From: Moniliella sp. 'wahieum'
Lineage: Eukaryota
Assembly: GCA_003971905.1 (NCBI GenBank)
Contig: RSEE01000049.1
Span: 310,001 to 374,000 of the forward strand
DNA length: 64,000 bases
Direction: 5' to 3'
Part shown: positions 61,869-64,000 of the stretch, in pieces
How positions within the stretch are numbered: position 1 is the first letter of the stretch
Layout: the number at the start of each line of letters is the position of its first letter
The notes under the pieces: model-generated
Database searches by the model: none
What the model was told of the DNA's origin: nothing
Seen by the model: only the letters and a program-made list of their open reading frames with translations
Made by a program: the position numbers and the translations under genes

Positions 61869-62365
61869 TGCTTTGCTTTGCTTTGCTTTGCTTTGCTTTG
61901 CTTTGCTTTGCTTTGCTTTGCTTTGCTTGCTTTGCTTTGCTTTGCTTTGCTTTGCTTTGCTGCTTTGCTTTGCTTTGCTTTGCTTGCTTGCTTTGCTTTG
62001 CTTTGCTTTGCTTGCTTTGCTTTGCTTTGCTTTGCTTTGCTTTGCTTTGCTTTGCTTTGCTTGCTTTGCTTTGCTTTGCTTGCTTTGCTTTGCTTTGCTT
62101 GCTTTGCTTTGCTTTGCTTGTTTGCTTTGCTTTGCTTTTGCTTTGCTTTGCTTTGCTTGCTTGCTTTGCTTTGCTTTGCTTTGCTTTGCTTTGCTTGCTT
62201 TGCTTTGCTTTGCTTGCTTTGCTTGTTGCTTTGCTTGCTTTTGCTTTGCTTGCTTTGCTTGCTTTGCTTTGCTTTGCTTTGCTTTGCTTTGCTTTGCTTT
62301 GCTTTGCTTTGCTTTGCTTTGCTTTGCTTTGCTTTGCTTGCTTTGCTTTGCTTTGCTTTGCTTTG
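61869..62365. repeat. (CTTTG)n pentanucleotide microsatellite, ~500 bp
   Basis: Direct reading; interspersed CTTG 4-mers. Confidence 0.99.
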
Positions 62366-63598
62366 TTGGGAGTCGGCCGCGAATGGGGTAGGATTAGTAT
62401 GGTGAGCAGAAGTAGAAGAAAGAGAAAGGAGAGGAACGCGCTCGCCCTGCTCCGGTCCTTGCGCACATAGTAGCCTATGGACGTGCTCGGCAAAAAAGGC
62501 TGTCAGGCATCCCCCTCCCGGCCCCCAACGAGCTGACCGGGCAAGGGAACCTTTGTTTACTGTGCCCACTGGAAAGCACGCACGGTGAAGCAAGGTGCGG
62601 TCGAACGTGCCGGTCGAAGCGAGGCGGGAAGGCGAGAAAGTGAGGGGGCGGGCGTGGGGAGGGGTAGCTGGCCTGATAAGCCATCGGCCATCGGCCATCG
62701 ACCATCGCATTGCATCCACTGACATGAGCGCTAGTGAACATTTCACCTCCCTCGGCCTTTCGGCGTGCTGCCAGCTGTTGTTGGGTACGCTGGTGCGGCT
62801 GTTACTAGTTACTAGTCCATACTGCTGTGCGTTTAAGCGCGCAGACACTGGGTGCTGCGGCAGGGTTTCATGCATAAAACGCACCCTCGGATCCCAAGCG
62901 GATCATCGATCATCTCCATCATTGATTACGGATGCGACGGATCGATGACCCTGACATGGTCCAACGCCGCGCCCCCCAAGGAAGCGAGGGGGGAGTTAAA
63001 TCAACGCATAGCTCAAGCTTCAAGCGCGCCGATACTCGATACCCCCCCGCCCCAACAACAAAGGCGCCTCCCTGGATGCGTTTGAGGTTCTCCACACCGT
63101 CAGTACTGAATCTGAGTACGCACGCAGTACCCAGCACCGTCTGTGGCTTTGTTACATCCTGTAGCGGTGGCCGACGAGTGTGAAGCACATGAGCCCATCC
63201 TATCACACGGCCTCTGTTGTCTCCGTCGTGGGGGCCAAATAGGCCGAGTGTGGCCGAGGTCCCACGGGCGGCTATTAATAATGGCCCGGCACGGCGCCAG
63301 TGTGGCCTGCTGCTGTCCAGCTTCACGCGCACGCGTCACCCGTCACGCTTCACTGATCCTCTCGCCCAAGTGCCTTCCCACCCGCCATGCGCAAACTCGA
63401 CGATCACACATCACCCATTGCCATCCCCATCAGCGCTGGCTTGCACCGATCGCAGTGGACAACGTGGCTGGCTTCCCACTTCCCGCTTCCTGGTGCCCGC
63501 ACTGGGACATAAGTGTGGAAGCATTCAGATAGGCAGGTTTCTGCCGCCTTTCTTCCCCACCTCACCCGCAGGCCTCATCGACCTCATCCCCTCCCACC

Positions 63599-64000
63599 AT
63601 GGCTACCAAGATCTCTGCCGCGACGCTCGCTGAGCACAACAAGGCGTCGGACTGCTGGATGGCCATCAACGGCAAGGTGTACAATGTGACGGACTTTGTC
63701 GATGAGCACCCAGGGGGAGACGAGGTCCTCCTTGCTGAGGCTGGCAAGGACGCTACTGAGGCATTTGACGATGTGGGCCACTCGGACGATGCACGGCAAT
63801 TGCTTGTTCCGATGCTGGTTGGCGACCTGGAGGGGTGGCGGTACGTTGGTCCTTGGTCCTTGGTTCTTGACCCTTTTTCCCTCCCTGAAAACGGATTTTC
63901 TAATTTCTCTTGTTTGTTGTGCAGCTGTCCGGTCCCACACCCGAGGTCAAGACGGCTTCCAAGCAGGGCGGATCGTACGTTCTCCTCCCCCCTCTACCCA
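63599..64000 (+). CDS. CYB5: Cytochrome b5 (5' part; runs off the window)
   Basis: EHNKASDCWMAINGKVYNVTDFVDEHPGGDEVLLAEAGKDATEAFDDVGHSDDAR with both haem-ligand His. Introns start at 63841 and about 63975. Confidence 0.96.
   Translation, partial: MATKISAATLAEHNKASDCWMAINGKVYNVTDFVDEHPGGDEVLLAEAGKDATEAFDDVGHSDDARQLLVPMLVGDLEGWRYVGPWSLVLDPFSLPENGFSNFSCLLCSCPVPHPRSRRLPSRADRTFSSPLYP

Noticed and set aside
61484..62884. Long ORFs (466, 295, 272, 257 and 177 aa) across the microsatellite
   Set aside because: Artefacts of a stop-free pentanucleotide repeat.

Overview
This is eukaryotic, GC-rich, intron-poor fungal DNA, most likely from a basidiomycete, judging by an Rrm4 orthologue, an API5-like gene and GT..CTAAC/CTGAC..AG introns. 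Nearly every gene carries 1-nt indels in homopolymer runs. These look like uncorrected long-read errors, so the gene models are stitched across frames and some ends are approximate. Protein-coding genes: a Gly/Ser/Asn/Tyr repeat protein missed by the ORF track, S10 carboxypeptidase, PPR protein, UNC-93-like MFS transporter, API5-like protein, Rrm4, an orphan gene, PL14 lyase, UBX protein, Nop58, a YABBY-like HMG box, PQ-loop transporter, EB1/Bim1, a bZIP-basic protein, DENND6, Ime4/METTL3, a large RING-H2 protein and cytochrome b5. There is also a tRNA-Trp-like gene with an odd anticodon. The most interesting signal is non-coding. Intergenic DNA is saturated with 7-bp, sometimes 9-bp, periodic words of the form TNA + 4-bp palindrome + TNA, where the palindrome copies the adjacent flank. 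A small non-autonomous Helitron-like family (A|TC...hairpin-CTAG/CTCG|T) has copies here that act as natural empty/filled comparisons. They show three separate events in which an NN-TNA-NN site was duplicated with 2 palindromic (P-like) nucleotides. This points to a recurrent hairpin-type break/excision footprint process whose agent is not encoded in this window.
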